From: Octopus sinensis
Lineage: Eukaryota
NCBI RefSeq assembly: GCF_006345805.1
Contig: NC_043000.1
Location: forward strand, 143,034,001-143,098,000
Direction of reading: 5' to 3'
Length of the DNA stretch: 64,000 nucleotides
In this document: piece by piece, positions 40,789 through 53,649 of the stretch
How positions within the stretch are numbered: the stretch's first letter is position 1
Layout of the letters: every line of letters begins with the position of its first letter
Made by a program: the position numbers and the translations under genes
Notes under the pieces: model-generated
Databases searched by the model: none
Seen by the model: only the letters and a program-made list of their open reading frames with translations
Told to the model about the DNA's origin: nothing

Positions 40789-41510
40789 TAATAATAATAA
40801 TGTTTCTGTGTCTGAGAACATATCTAAGAGATTGGGTGGAAATGGGTACAGGAAGATGCATTGAGTGTGAAGGAGTAACAAGCAACAAAATAAATATAGC
40901 AAATATAAAAATTCTACTAGTTCACTCTAGTGTTCATAAATTTTAAGCTCTCACATATTACGTTTTCTTTCTTGTTTCTTTTTTTTTCTTAAATTTTTTA
41001 ATTTTTAAAAATTTTATTTTACATTGTTGTTTGTTTTCTTCATATTGTAATCTCACATTTGATCACGGTTGTTGTAATCATAGTTCTTGTTATTGTTACT
41101 ACTATTACTGTTGCTATTGTGGTTCTTTTTTTTGTTTTTTGTTTTTTTTTGTTTTTTTTTGTTTTTATTACCATCATCGACAACAACAATATTTCAGTTT
41201 CTATTTATCAAAAAAAAACAAAAAAAAACAAAAGAGAGAAAAAACAAAAAAAAAAGGTAATTTCCTCTATTGTATTCCAAATAACTGAAACACCATCTCT
41301 ACTGAACTTGCTCCTTGATTTCATCTTCTTTGTTTTTCAGTGAAAGCATTCTTCTTCTTTCTTTCACCTTCTCCACCCTCAGCATGTGTGTACATACATA
41401 CATACATACATACATACATACATGCATACATATGTACATAAATACATACATACATACATACATACAATCATACATATGTACATAAATACATACATATATG
41501 CATACATATA

Positions 41511-41542
<32 letters not shown>

Positions 41543-41763
41543 CATATATACATAAATACATACATTACATAATACATACACACATAAATACATACATACA
41601 CACACACACACACATATAAATATATATATATATCCCTCTTTTCACTTCTGTTTTTTTCTCTTAGTCTCTCTGATTTTTGTGTGTATATAAATATGTACAT
41701 AAATACATACATACATATATACATATATATATATATACATAAATACATACATACATACATACA

Positions 41764-41797
<34 letters not shown>

Positions 41798-42726
41798 CAT
41801 ATACATACATACACACATACATACATGCATACATATATACATTCATATATACATACATATATATATATCCATCTTTTCACTTCTGTTTTTTTTTTCTCTG
41901 TGTCTCTCTGATTTTTGTAATATGAGTGCTTTGTAAGCTGCTTGTTGGGATTATCCATTTGTTCGATTAGTGATTTCCTCAGATAGGAGATTTTCGGTGC
42001 AAGGATTATTTTAAAATATGATGGAAGGAACATATTAGCAGCAAGTCTCTGAAATAACATGGAGCAAGCATTAAGCTGATGGTTTTGGAAATTTAAGTTC
42101 CAAATCCTCCACCCCCCCATCATCATTTGATTTACTCCAATACTCTTTGCAGTAACAGAGAGATGCAGACTCAGATATTAATGATACCTGCACTGTATCT
42201 TTCATGAGTCTGAGTTGCTTAGAGTTCATTGCTCTCATTCACAAGTTGGAGACATTTTATCATGAAAACCATGTTTTAGATTTATTGGAAAGAATGCTGT
42301 CTTTGCAGAAGACTTCATATTCTTGGAAGTTCTGAACTCATGACTCCAAGTTTCATTGCTTGGGTTAACATTGATAAAAACCTGACGGTTTAACTATTTT
42401 TTATCTTTTACATGTTTCAGTCATTAGACTGCAGTTATGCTTGGGCACCATCTTGAAATATTTTAGTCAAACAAATTGACCTCAATACTTATTTTTTTTA
42501 AAGCCTGATCTTCGTCCTCTCTGCCATCTTGAGGTCACCAAAGGACTATGAAGGTAAATGATTGTCTCCCTTCAGCCTTGGCTATCGGTTACCGGCTGTG
42601 GTGCCACCATGCAGATTCCAAAAGCCCAGCAGGAATTTTCTAAAATGAAGGCATGGTCCAAAAATCTCCATCCTGGACAATGATGATGATGATGATATAT
42701 ATATATACATGTAGATATATATATAC

Positions 42727-42778
<52 letters not shown>

Positions 42779-43612
42779 ATGTAAATATATATATATATAT
42801 ATATGTGTATGTATATATATATATATATATATACATGGTGGATGTCTTTCAGTTTCTGTCTCTGAAATCCACTCATAAGACTTTGGTCAGCCTTAGGCTA
42901 CAGTAGAAAACACTTGCCCAATGTGCCTCACAGTGGGACTGAACCTAAAACCATATTGCTTTGAAACAAATTTCTTATCACACAGCTATGCCTGCATCTT
43001 ATAACTAGTGTTTTTTTTTTCTTTTAATGCTTATATTGATGGGATCAAATTCTAATTGATCATATATTACAGATAGTACTGTTAGAGTAATGTGTATAGT
43101 TAATTACATAGATATAATTATATTGGAAGTATTTAGATTATAAACCTGAGCAAGAAAAAAGTCAACGTTCACCCTAATAGGATTTCAGATCATTAAGTGA
43201 GAAAAAAAGAAAAAATACTCTGAGGCGTTACAGCTTAAAACTCTATCAATTCTGCTGACTCATCGTCAACATATACATAAAATATATTATTAATAATGAA
43301 AAATGTTGCGGCATTGATGATTATTGTAATTTCAAATAAATTGAAAACTGAAGCTCGTTTCATTTGATATTGATTTCCATTATGCCGTTTGAGGTGACGC
43401 TAGGTGCAGATGAGAGTGCATGGTAAGAAATTTGCTTCCTAACATCATTGTTTGGGATTTAGTCTCAGTACTTGGCTCCTAGATCAGGTGTTTATCTACT
43501 ATAGCTCCAAGCTGATCGAAGCCTTGCAAACTGATTTGGTTGGTTGGAACTGAAAGAAGCCTATTGTGTGTGTGTGTGTGTGGGTGGGTAGGTGGGTGGG
43601 TGTTACTGTTTT

Positions 43613-43970
43613 CTTATTTCTTTATTGCCCACAAGGGGCTAAACATAGAAGGGACAAACAAGGACAGACAAACGGATTAAGTCGATTACATTGAGCACAG
43701 TGCGTAACTGGTACTTAATTTATCGACCTCGAAAGGATGAAAAGCAAAGTTGACCTCAGCGGAATTTGAACTCAGAACGTACCGGCAGCCGAAATACCTA
43801 TTTCTTTACTACCCACAAGGGGCTAAACACAGAGAGTACAAACAAGGACAGACAAACAGATTAAGTCGATTATATTGATCCCAGTGTGTAACTGGTACTT
43901 AATTTATCGACCCCGAAAGAATGAAAGGCAAAGTCGACCTTGGTGGAATTTGAACTCAGAACATAACAGC
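43613..43970 (-). mobile_element. Dimeric family 2 SINE (5'-truncated)
   Basis: Same arm junction at 43798/43799. Confidence 0.85.
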
Positions 43971-44222
43971 GTTGACATAGTGTGATAATTGTAAATGGAT
44001 GTCACTGACATGCAAGACATGTCTTTTGCTTCCAGTCTACATAAAAACATGTCTGGTCATGGAAAAAATATAATGCTACCTGGAAACAGGTAAGGGTTGA
44101 GCAAAAGGAAGGGCATCTAGCCATAGAAAATCTACCTCAATAAATTCTGTCTAACCCATGTAAGCAAGGAAAAGTGGATGTTAAATGATGATAATTATTA
44201 AAAAGTGTCACATTGTATAATT

Positions 44223-44455
44223 CTTATTTCTTTATTGCCCACAAGGGGCTAAACATAGAGGGGACAAACAAGGACAGACAAAGGGATTAAGTCAATTACA
44301 TCGACCCCAGTGCGTAACTGGTACTTAATTTATCGACCTCGAAAGGATGAAAGGCAAAGTCAACCTCGGTGGAATTTGAACTCAGAACGTAACGGCAGAC
44401 GAAATACGGCTACACATTTTACCCGGCATGCTAACGTTTCTGCCAGCTCGCCGTC
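44223..44455 (-). mobile_element. Family 2 SINE monomer
   Basis: Reverse-complement match to 26979-27211. Confidence 0.85.
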
Positions 44456-44867
44456 TGATAATTGTATAATTCTGTTATTTCTGCCCCAACAGTTATTGAT
44501 ATCCTAGACAGCACAGGTAAAGCTCCCAATGAAATATTGTGTTCTTACCTGGAACATGCTGCTGTTGCTGAAATTTCAAACATTCTAGACCATAACCAGA
44601 AAATGGCCACCCAGCTGACTGACATAATGATCACTTTCACACACACTCCAGCTTTTGGTCATACCTCTATGACATACCTCCACCACCATCTCTCTTTCTG
44701 TCTATCTTTCCCCCTAACTCTCTGTTTCTCTCTTTTCCAACAGTAGTAGTCATATAATCTCTGCAGCAAAACACCTATCTTTATCCCTCTATTATACTTT
44801 TTTACCCTCTCATCAACTGGCACAACCTCCCAGTTGAGAGGTATTTGTCATCGTAGTCATCATCATC

Positions 44868-45245
44868 ATTATCATCATCCTTTAGTGTCTGCTTTCCATG
44901 CTGGCATGGGTTAGACGGCTTGACTGGGACTAGTAAGCCAGAGAGCTGCACCAGGTTCCAGTCTGATCTGGCATGGTTTCTACCACTGGATGCCCTTCCT
45001 AGCACCAACCACTCCAAGAGAGTAATGGGTGCTTTGTATGTGCCATGACCCATTGGTGTTGGTGCCATGTAAAATGCACCCAGTGAATATGTAAAATGTT
45101 TGGAGTTAAGAAGGACATCCAACCATAGAAACTATGCCAAAGCAGACAGCAGAGCCACAGCACAGTCCTCTAACTTATCAGCCCTTGTCAATCAATCCAA
45201 CTCACGCCAGAAGGCAAAATCATTCATAAATGATAATGGTGATGA
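44868..45245. mobile_element. Head-to-head inverted pair of family 3 elements
   Basis: Minus-strand copy at 44868-45040 followed directly by a more diverged plus-strand copy at about 45060-45245. Confidence 0.65.
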
Positions 45246-46615
45246 TAATAATGGTGTGAAGATCCTACTTAAATAGAAATAAAAACTCATTCGTAGCTAG
45301 AGTTCAAAAATTTGAATGTAATTTCTCTCTTGAACACAATTCCTCAATTTATAAATTTTGGTTTTCAATTTCCTTCTTTGTTTTAACTACACATTTTTGT
45401 TTGGCAAGAAGAGTGGCTGTAATTGATCAGCTCTCTTCATCTCTATACCTAGAAAAGAGTATGATGAACATGTTAAACCTGTGATAATCAATAATTAGTG
45501 TGTAATATTGTGTGTTTGCATTCTTCAATAACTTCACTGAGAGCTACATCCTTTCAATAATGATATCATTTAAGGGTCCCCCTCATCATCTCTCCTCTAC
45601 CCTACACTCTTTCTCTTAATAGGCAGTTTTTTTTTCTCTCTCCTACTTGGTGGGCAGAGAAAAAAGTACATATTTTGACTAGTTTTCTGTTTGCAGATTT
45701 AATGAAGTAGAAAAGTGAAAATCAACTATTAAGTGATCATGTTTCCTTTAAAATAATGAGGATCCTCGTTTACAGAAAACTCTTGAATTGAAAATTAATT
45801 AATAATTTAGGAGAGATTATGTCAGTATACATGCCAGTGTGACTGATGACATTTTTTTTTTGTTTTTTTTCCACTAACAATTTTAACTGAACATCATTCA
45901 AATTGTAAACACTTTAAAATGTGCATCATGTACTTACTAATATGTTTATTTATTTTAATTTTTTTTCTTTTTTTTTTTCTAAGCATTGTGGCTATTTCAT
46001 TTATTTCTTATCTCTTTTCATTATATTCTAGTTATGAAAGCTTTCACTCAAGCTTAAAGAACTTTCATTATGTTGGCATTCAAGTTGTGTTGTCTTTTCG
46101 CATTGCTTTCCTGCTAGTTATTTCATGAGTCAACAAGCAGCTAAAAATAAATGCAAAGCTAAACTGTTAAACTAAAAGTGTAATGAAATAAAGTAGAAGT
46201 ATTGTGGGCGCCTAATGGAAAAGGAAAAGAAAAAAAAAAAACTGAAAAACAAAAGAAAAAATTCTTTATTAACTGAGCTCATGAATTGTGAGTTGTTTTT
46301 TTCAAATCTCGGTAGTATTTCACTTCAGTATCCAAATTGGACTGTTTGTACAAATATATAGATTAAACCAATGTTTTTTTATTTTCCTTCTATATTTGCT
46401 ATATTGCACTGTCAACATTCGATTTAAAAAGAATCTTCTTTTCAATCCATTTTTCAACCTTCTTTTGCACTCTGGTAAACTTAGCTGCCCACTCACCCGA
46501 TCCAATCCTCTATACTACTTGACTCACCATACACTTTAACTTGAACACATCTTCTTCATCATCTTCTCTCTCTTGCTACTTCTTCTCTTTCTACCTGGGG
46601 TAACCAGGAACCTCT

Positions 46616-47023
46616 TACTCTTTTTACTCTTTTACTTGTTTCAGTCATTTGGACTGTGGCCATGCTGGAGCACCGCCTTTAGTCGATCAAATCGACCCCG
46701 GGACTTATTCTTTGTAAGCCCAGTACTTATTCTAGTGGTCTCTTTTGCCAAACCGCTAAGTGACGGGGACGTAAACACACCAGCATCGGTTGCCAAGCAA
46801 TGCTAGGGGGACAAACACAGACACACAAACCCCCCACACACACACATATATATATATATACGACAGGCTTCTTTCAGTTTCTGTCTACCAAATCCACTCA
46901 CAAGGCATTGGTCGGCCCGGGGCTATAGCAGAAGACACTTGCCCAAGATGCCATGCAGTGGGACTGAACCCAGAACCATGTGGTTGGTTAACAAGCTACT
47001 TACCACACAGCTACTCCTGCGCC
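46616..47023 (-). mobile_element. SINE family 1, full length
   Basis: Reverse-complement match. Confidence 0.9.
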
Positions 47024-47404
47024 TCTCTATTATACATTAACCTCTTATCACCTGGCACAAAACTACCTTCCTTAATACTAGTGTTGTGTGGACGCCCCCA
47101 GATGATGAAGTAGGCTAGGCCAATATGTAGATATAGAGGGAGAAGCCTAGACGTCAGGAGCACAGCAGAGAGTAAAAGAGTAGCGGTTAAAGTAGCAGTC
47201 GGAGAAGGTGAGTAGAAGGCATCCGAACGTGCGACATAACAACTAGTGACCACTCAGTTGAGGGGTCTTGTCTTGTGAGATGTTGCTTCTGCTGCTGCCA
47301 AGTAAAATGCACCCAGTAAAATCTCTGTGAAGAGGTTGGCATTCGGAAGGGCAGCCAGTCATAGAAACCATGACAAGCAAACAGTAGAGCTAGTCAAGTG
47401 CAGT

Positions 47405-48043
47405 CTTCTGATTTGCCAAGCAGACATTAAATGATGATGATGACGATGATGATGACGACGACGGTGATAATGACGATGACGACAACGTCGATGATGACGA
47501 CAACGACGATGATGATGACGATGACGATGATTATGATGACGATGATGAAGACGATGATGATGATGACGACGATGATGATGATGATGACGATGATGACGAT
47601 GACGACGACGACGATAACAACGACGACAATGACGATGATGATGATGATGATGATGGTGTTCTGTTTAAATTTTTAAATGTTTGCTATTTAATTTTTTCTA
47701 CTGACGTTTTGCCGAAATTTGGAGTAAGATACATTATATCCTATAAATTTCTTCTGACTTGCCAAGCAGACATTAAATGATGATGATGATGAGGAGGAGG
47801 AGGATGATGATGACGACGACGATGATAATGACGATGACAATGACGATGATGACAACATCGACGATGATGACGACAACAACAACGACGATGATGATGATGA
47901 CGATGATGACAACGACGACAACGACGATGACGATGATGATGATGATGATGGTGTTCTGTTTAAATTTTTAAATGTTTGCTATTTAATTTTTGCTACTGAC
48001 GATTTGCGGAAATTTGGAGTAAGATACATTATATCCTATAAAT
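47405..48043. repeat. Tandem duplication (346 + 293 bp), each unit containing a cryptic (GAT/GAC)n array
   Basis: CTTCTGAYTTGCCAAGCAGACATTAAATG...GGTGTTCTGTTTAAATTTT...ATCCTATAAAT occurs twice; the length difference lies in the microsatellite. Confidence 0.9.
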
Positions 48044-48639
48044 CTCACGTATATTAAACTGCATGTATTTTTGTTGAAACTCTGTTCTAAATAAAATTGT
48101 TCTAAACAATTTGTATGATGCTTTGGATTTAACGCAGATATAAAACATCTTGCCCTGAGCAAAACACCAAACAGCAATACACAGTACAATAACAACATGT
48201 ACACCAACAGTAATATAGAATTAGACAGCATCTCCGAAAGTTGAAAGTAGGCTACCGGAATCATTCTTCCATGGTCAATGACAGTTTATTTGAATTTCAA
48301 ATCATGGCTGAATGAACAAATGAATGCCAAATTCTCTTTAATGTCCGACAAGTGATTTGAGATGATATGTTGGTACAAGTACGAAACATTGACCTGAAAG
48401 ACTGGCCACTTAATACAAATATAAGAAAAGAGCTTTCCCAACTAGAATTGAATGTGTTCAATGAAATAGCAAGAAATTACCTAAAAGGTACCTAATCAAA
48501 GAGTATAAAAGCAACATCTGAGACTTTAAAATCTAAGAGAGAGACTAATACCCGCATGTATAAGGATGCACACACACGCACACACACACACACATAAGTA
48601 TGCATATGCATCTATACATAAACAATTATGGGTGTGTGT

Positions 48640-48671
48640 TTATATATATATATATATATATATGCATACAT

Positions 48672-48714
<43 letters not shown>

Positions 48715-48759
48715 GTATATGTATAAATATATATATGTATATATATATATATATATGTG

Positions 48760-48808
<49 letters not shown>

Positions 48809-48809
48809 G

Positions 48810-48866
<57 letters not shown>

Positions 48867-48900
48867 ATATGTATCTATATACATACATACATATATATAT
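48640..48900. repeat. (TA)n/(TATG)n low-complexity tract (representative of many similar tracts, e.g. 2870-3330, 5600-5960, 6670-6960, 20990-21560, 28250-28560, 41390-41870, 54320-54440)
   Basis: Direct reading. Confidence 0.9.
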
Positions 48901-49048
48901 GTCTATTTGTGTGTGTGTGTGTATCCTTATGTGCATGTGTGCATATACGAAAGCATGTATTATATATACATATATGTGTATAGATGCAGGTATACACTCA
49001 TACATTCCCATATGCATACATACTTGTATATTGATTTTACATATCGTT

Positions 49049-49273
49049 ATCATGGCTTGTGACTTTAATGGACATATTGGGCAACGCTATGATAGCTATT
49101 CCAATGTACATAGAGGCTATGGCTATGATACATGAACTCAACAAAGGTTCGAGCTCTTAGAGTTCTGTGATACCAAATGATGTATTTGCAACATTAACTT
49201 CAGGAAACAGGTCAGCCACCTAATCACCTACGACTCAGGTAAACACACAAGACAAATAGTCTTCTTTCTCATC
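49049..49273 (+). mobile_element. AP-endonuclease fragment of an RTE-like LINE
   Basis: [11 protein letters not shown]...VHRGYGY...LLEFCD...CNINFRKQVSHLITYDSGKHTRQI with in-frame stops; resembles the GDFNGHVG...HLITY.SG motifs. Confidence 0.75.
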
Positions 49274-50065
49274 ATGAATCATGATCGACAGATAGTGGTA
49301 AATCTTTCCTTGATAAAGAATCATCATCGAGCATCTGTTTTTCCCTGCTGGCATGGATTGGATGGTTTGACAGGAGCTGGTGAATAAGAGGACTGGACCA
49401 AGCTCCAGTGTCTATGGTTGGATGCCCTTCCTGACACCAACCACTTTACGGAGTGTACTGGGTGCTTTTCACATAGTTCTGTCAAGACAACAATCCTCAA
49501 ATGAGGGAAGAGGCTTTATGCTAAGTGATGAATGGTTGATGTATAATAGAGAAAGGGGACAGATATCTTATTGTAGATCAATTATGTGATTAACCAGTTG
49601 GAAAAGAAAAAAGGACGGTGGAGAAGATTTACCAGAGCATACTCTCAAGTTACAGGAAGATGGATAAAATAGAAGTGATATGGGTGGGTAAGTAAGTTCA
49701 TGGGAGAAAGAGAGGTGAGTGGCAGAAGGATTGAGATGGAGATAGAGGAAAATGCAGTAAATGATGAATACGAGGGAAAGCATAGACAGTCATGAATATC
49801 AGTTGGAGGGGAAGACAGAGGAAGTAGGTGAGGGTCAGAGAGGTAAAAGGTGGCAGTAAAGATGATTTGAAGTGTGAGGGCTGGTGTGTGAGATCCATGA
49901 GAGAGGGTACATGAAGTGGAAATTCCCAGACTGGAGGACCTATAGGATGAGATAATGATAACAGAACAGAGCTAGGTTTGCAACATTCCATCAATGACAA
50001 CAGCTAGAAAGAACAAACAAGTTCATCATCAAGTAAAATACACATTTGATTTTGTACTCTATCAA

Positions 50066-50427
50066 GAGTTTTACGCTTTTACTTGTTTTAGCCATTTGAC
50101 TGCAGCCATGCTGGAGCACCACCTTTAGTTGAGCAAATCTCTTTTGCCAAACCACTAAGTACCAGGGACGTAAACACACCAGCATTGGTTGTCAAGCGAT
50201 GTTGGGGGAGGAGGACAAACACAGACACACAAACATGCACATATATATATATATATATATATACGACTGGCTTCTTTCAGTTTCCTTCTACCAAATCCAC
50301 TCACAAGGCTTTGATCAGCCTGAGGCTATAGTAGAAGACACTTGCCCAAGGTGCCACACAGTGGGACTGAACCCGGACACATGTGGTTGGTAAACAAGCT
50401 ACTTATAACACAGTCACTCCTGCGCCT
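50066..50427 (-). mobile_element. SINE family 1 with internal deletion
   Basis: Reverse-complement match. Confidence 0.85.
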
Positions 50428-51311
50428 TTAGAAAATCTCAAATGTTCAAACAGTTTTATATTTGGGGAGGAGATCTAGGTCTTGTAACGATACCATAGAG
50501 TTGCAGGTATTTGAAATTTGTGAAGTGGGTATATAATTTATATATTCCTCTAGCAACAGGTGAAAGATAATGATAAACTCTTGCAACAGCAAGTGTGGAA
50601 AGCGCATAACACAACCTGAATCTCAGAGCATTTGGTTTCCATTCCTCTTTGCAAATTCTAGCTATAGTCATTCTTTGAATAATAATTTACTTTTGCCTGA
50701 CTAAATTATTGCTGCTCACACAACATTTTAGGTTTTGCATCACTGTGCAGACCTATTATCAAAGGCATTCCAGCTGTGACCCTCCTGTTTTTTTAGGAAT
50801 ATGTCCAGCATTACCTTAGCCGTTTTGTCCATTGCTTATTTCAAATTGCAGGATGTGATTGCAGACTGCTATTTCTAATTGGTTGCTATTTCTATTGGTA
50901 CATAAAACACCCTTAGAATCTCATTCTGTTTTTATTTGTGCGTATGTTGCTTATTTGTGTCTACCTTTATTTTGTAACCTAAAAAAAAAAAAGAATGATG
51001 AAATAATTTGCATAAAGTTGCATAAAGGCTACTGTGGTGACACAACATCTCTTTCAGTCACAATTTATTGATGAAATAACTGTTTATTAGCTCCTGGTAT
51101 GTTAGCCTAAATCAAATAGATCTACAATCAAAGGTATTCAAATCATTACCATCTCGGGGAGTCTTTTTTTTTTTTGTAATAGGGGGTTATATAAGAGACC
51201 ACATTTTCCAGTATATCTTTCTTTAGGTGAGTACAATTCGAGGAAGATTTAGTTGTTATTTCTTTCAAGTTGTCTAAGTACATGGAGACTCTCTTACATT
51301 AAACTCTGTGG

Positions 51312-51620
51312 TTGTTTTGTTTGTTCCATTTTGAGCCATACCTGGCTCATAAGGGCTAGTTTCCCAGTTTCCTTGGTGTATAGGTTCCCCACCTGGATGG
51401 AACACCGGTCCATCACAGGTGAGCTGCAAGATGCAGGAGGAAAGCATGAGAGAAAGTTGTGGCAAAAGAGTCAGCAGAAGTTCACCATTACCATCTGCCA
51501 GAGCCGCGTGGAGCTAAGGTGTTTTGCTCATAAACACACACATCGACTGGTCTGAGATTCAAACCCACGACCTCTCGACCGCGAGTCCGCTGCTCTAACC
51601 ACTAGGCAATGTGCTTCCAC
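51312..51620 (-). mobile_element. SINE family 4, tail variant containing CCTGYGATGGACC...TCCAGGT
   Basis: Reverse complement of 55560-55862. Confidence 0.8.
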
Positions 51621-51772
51621 AAACTCTGTGGGTGTATGCATGTGCGTGTGCGTATGCAAGAGAGAGTGAGAGAGAGAGACAGAGAGACAGAGACAGAGAC
51701 AGAGAGAAACTGTGAGTAACTTAAGATAGCATGCATATTGTGTACAGTAAAGAAAATGTTGCGTTAACTCAC

Positions 51773-52060
51773 CATATAGAATCATTTTCTCCTGGTCACT
51801 TCCGAGATGATTAGAAGCAACACATGTATATTCTCCAAAGTCTGATATCTCTACTGCCCGTATCCTCAGGCTTAAAGTTATAGTGTGCTCATCTTCATTA
51901 TATGCTTCTGCACGATACTTCCATGAATTTTCTATTCTGTTAGAATTCTTTTCCCAATGTGTTGCACCGAGTGGACTTGCTGTTACTGTACACTCAAGTA
52001 TTGTCATTTTGCCAATTTCTTGTCCCATTCGTTTATTACGAACTCGGACTTCAGGAGGGA
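51773..52060 (-). CDS. Internal exon encoding a complete I-set Ig domain (probably the last Ig domain) of a lachesin/amalgam/IgLON-like cell adhesion protein
   Basis: Acceptor ttctttttttctttttctttcatttcacag|TC CCT CCT GAA and donor CTA TAT G|gtgagt; 288 nt, phase 1-1. Translation PPEVRVRNKRMGQEIGKMTILECTVTASPLGATHWEKNSNRIENSWKYRAEAYNEDEHTITLSLRIRAVEISDFGEYTCVASNHLGSDQEKMILY has the canonical Ig C...W...L.I......D.G.Y.C.A.N.LG pattern. Confidence 0.95.
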
Positions 52061-52283
52061 CTGTGAAATGAAAGAAAAAGAAAAAAAGAATGAAAGAAGG
52101 AATTTCCTTTGGTTGTAATGTTACAATCATATGATTTTGTATAATCTTGTATACATATGAATATATAATTTTTATTGGATTGTCTTCATGAGTCTATATT
52201 TCTTTTCCTTTAATCCATCTCCTTGTCTCCACTCTCTCCCCACCTCAGTGTCATTTGCATTGCTTCATATCTCCTATTCTCAT

Positions 52284-52696
52284 CTCTTTATTGCCCACAA
52301 GGGGCTAAACATAGATAGGACAAACAAGGACAGACAAAGGGATTAAGTCAATTATATCAACTTCAGTGCTTAAGTGGTACTTAATTTATCGACCACGAAA
52401 GGACGAAAGGCAAAATCGACCTTGGCAGAATTTGAACTCAGGATGTAACGGCAGACGAAATGCCTCTTTCTTTACTACCTACAAGGGGCTAAACACAGAG
52501 AGGTCAAACAAGGACAGACAAACGGATTAAGTCAATTAAATCGACCCCAGTGTGTAACTGGTACTTAATTTATCGACCCCGAAAGGATGAAAGGCAAAGT
52601 CGACCTTGGCAGAATTTGAACTCAGAACGTAACAGCAGACGAAATACTGCTAAGCATTTCACCCGGCATGCTAACGTTTCTGCCAGCTCACTGCCT
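52284..52696 (-). mobile_element. Dimeric family 2 SINE about 220 nt upstream of the Ig exon acceptor
   Basis: Same arm junction at 52464/52465. Confidence 0.85.
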
Positions 52697-53454
52697 TCTC
52701 CTACCTCCTACATCTTACATCTCCTACTCTTACCTTACCCCATCACCTATCCATCTCTGCAGTTGCCTGTATCAGACACTACTCCAAATAACATTACCAC
52801 TTACATCATACTACTGCGTCTTACCTTCATCTGGCTGTCCTGATCCTTCTGATATCATTGCTCTCTCTTCTAATCCTCTCTTTATTCACCTAAGCTAATA
52901 TACACACCTTTTTCTTCCTGGTCTACTTATAGCCCACAATGTATTCTCTATGTGGCTCCCTGTACAAGGTTCCATTCATTCTGTGTTGTTACAGAGGAAA
53001 GCCAACAAAACATGTTCCCTAAAGAGTAATTGACAGGTAAGACAAACACTCTTGTGCTGGTAATGCAAAAAATTGTACCCAGTAAACTCTGTAAGCTTTA
53101 AGAAGGACATCCAGTGATAAAAACCAAGTCAAATGACATAAGAGCATTAACCAATGGGACCAGTACAGGCTCTCAATTACCAGTGCTTCAAACCATAACC
53201 CAATCCAACCTTTATCATCATGAAAACATGAAAAGTATAAGTGATGCTGCTGCTGATGATTATACATATATGTGTGTGTGTAGTATATATATGAATTAGA
53301 AAAAAACACTTTTTATCAATTCAACAATGAAAAAATTAAATTATACCATTTAGAAAAGATTACATCTTATAGAAAAATTAAATATACGATAAAACATATA
53401 CCAATGATTAAGTAATGTGCAAAATAATAAATAAAACGTATATATTTGGTAGAA

Positions 53455-53537
53455 TAACTACACGTGTTTCGTGGCTATATTTCAGAAATGATGACAGTAA
53501 AATCAATTCAATATAAATGTAGTCACTCCTCAGGTTA
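53455..53537 (-). ncRNA. Type I hammerhead ribozyme motif, Penelope-like-element style
   Basis: Minus strand: TAAC-CTGAGGA-GTGACTA...TAGCCAC-GAAA-CACGTG-TA/GTTA; intact catalytic core, 4-bp stem I, stem II 6/7 paired, palindromic stem III (ACACGTGT). Confidence 0.7.
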
Positions 53538-53602
53538 AAGATAAAAACAATAAAATAATTAATGAAATAAATTAATAAATATATGTATATTATCTTTAAC
53601 CT

Positions 53603-53649
53603 GAAGAGTGTCTGATGAACGGAAATATGAAACTCTGAGTAATAGCTTC
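53603..53649 (+). ncRNA. Degenerate minimal hammerhead motif in a Penelope-like terminal repeat
   Basis: CTGATGA (53612-53618), ~1-bp stem II, GAAA (53629-53632), CTCTGAG, TA; imperfect stem I GAAGAGTGT/ATAGCTTC; AATAAA follows near 53672. Confidence 0.45.

Noticed and set aside
41299-42126. Longest ORF (275 aa, minus strand)
   Set aside because: About two thirds is (TATG)n repeat; the unique part has no recognisable motif or credible splice sites.
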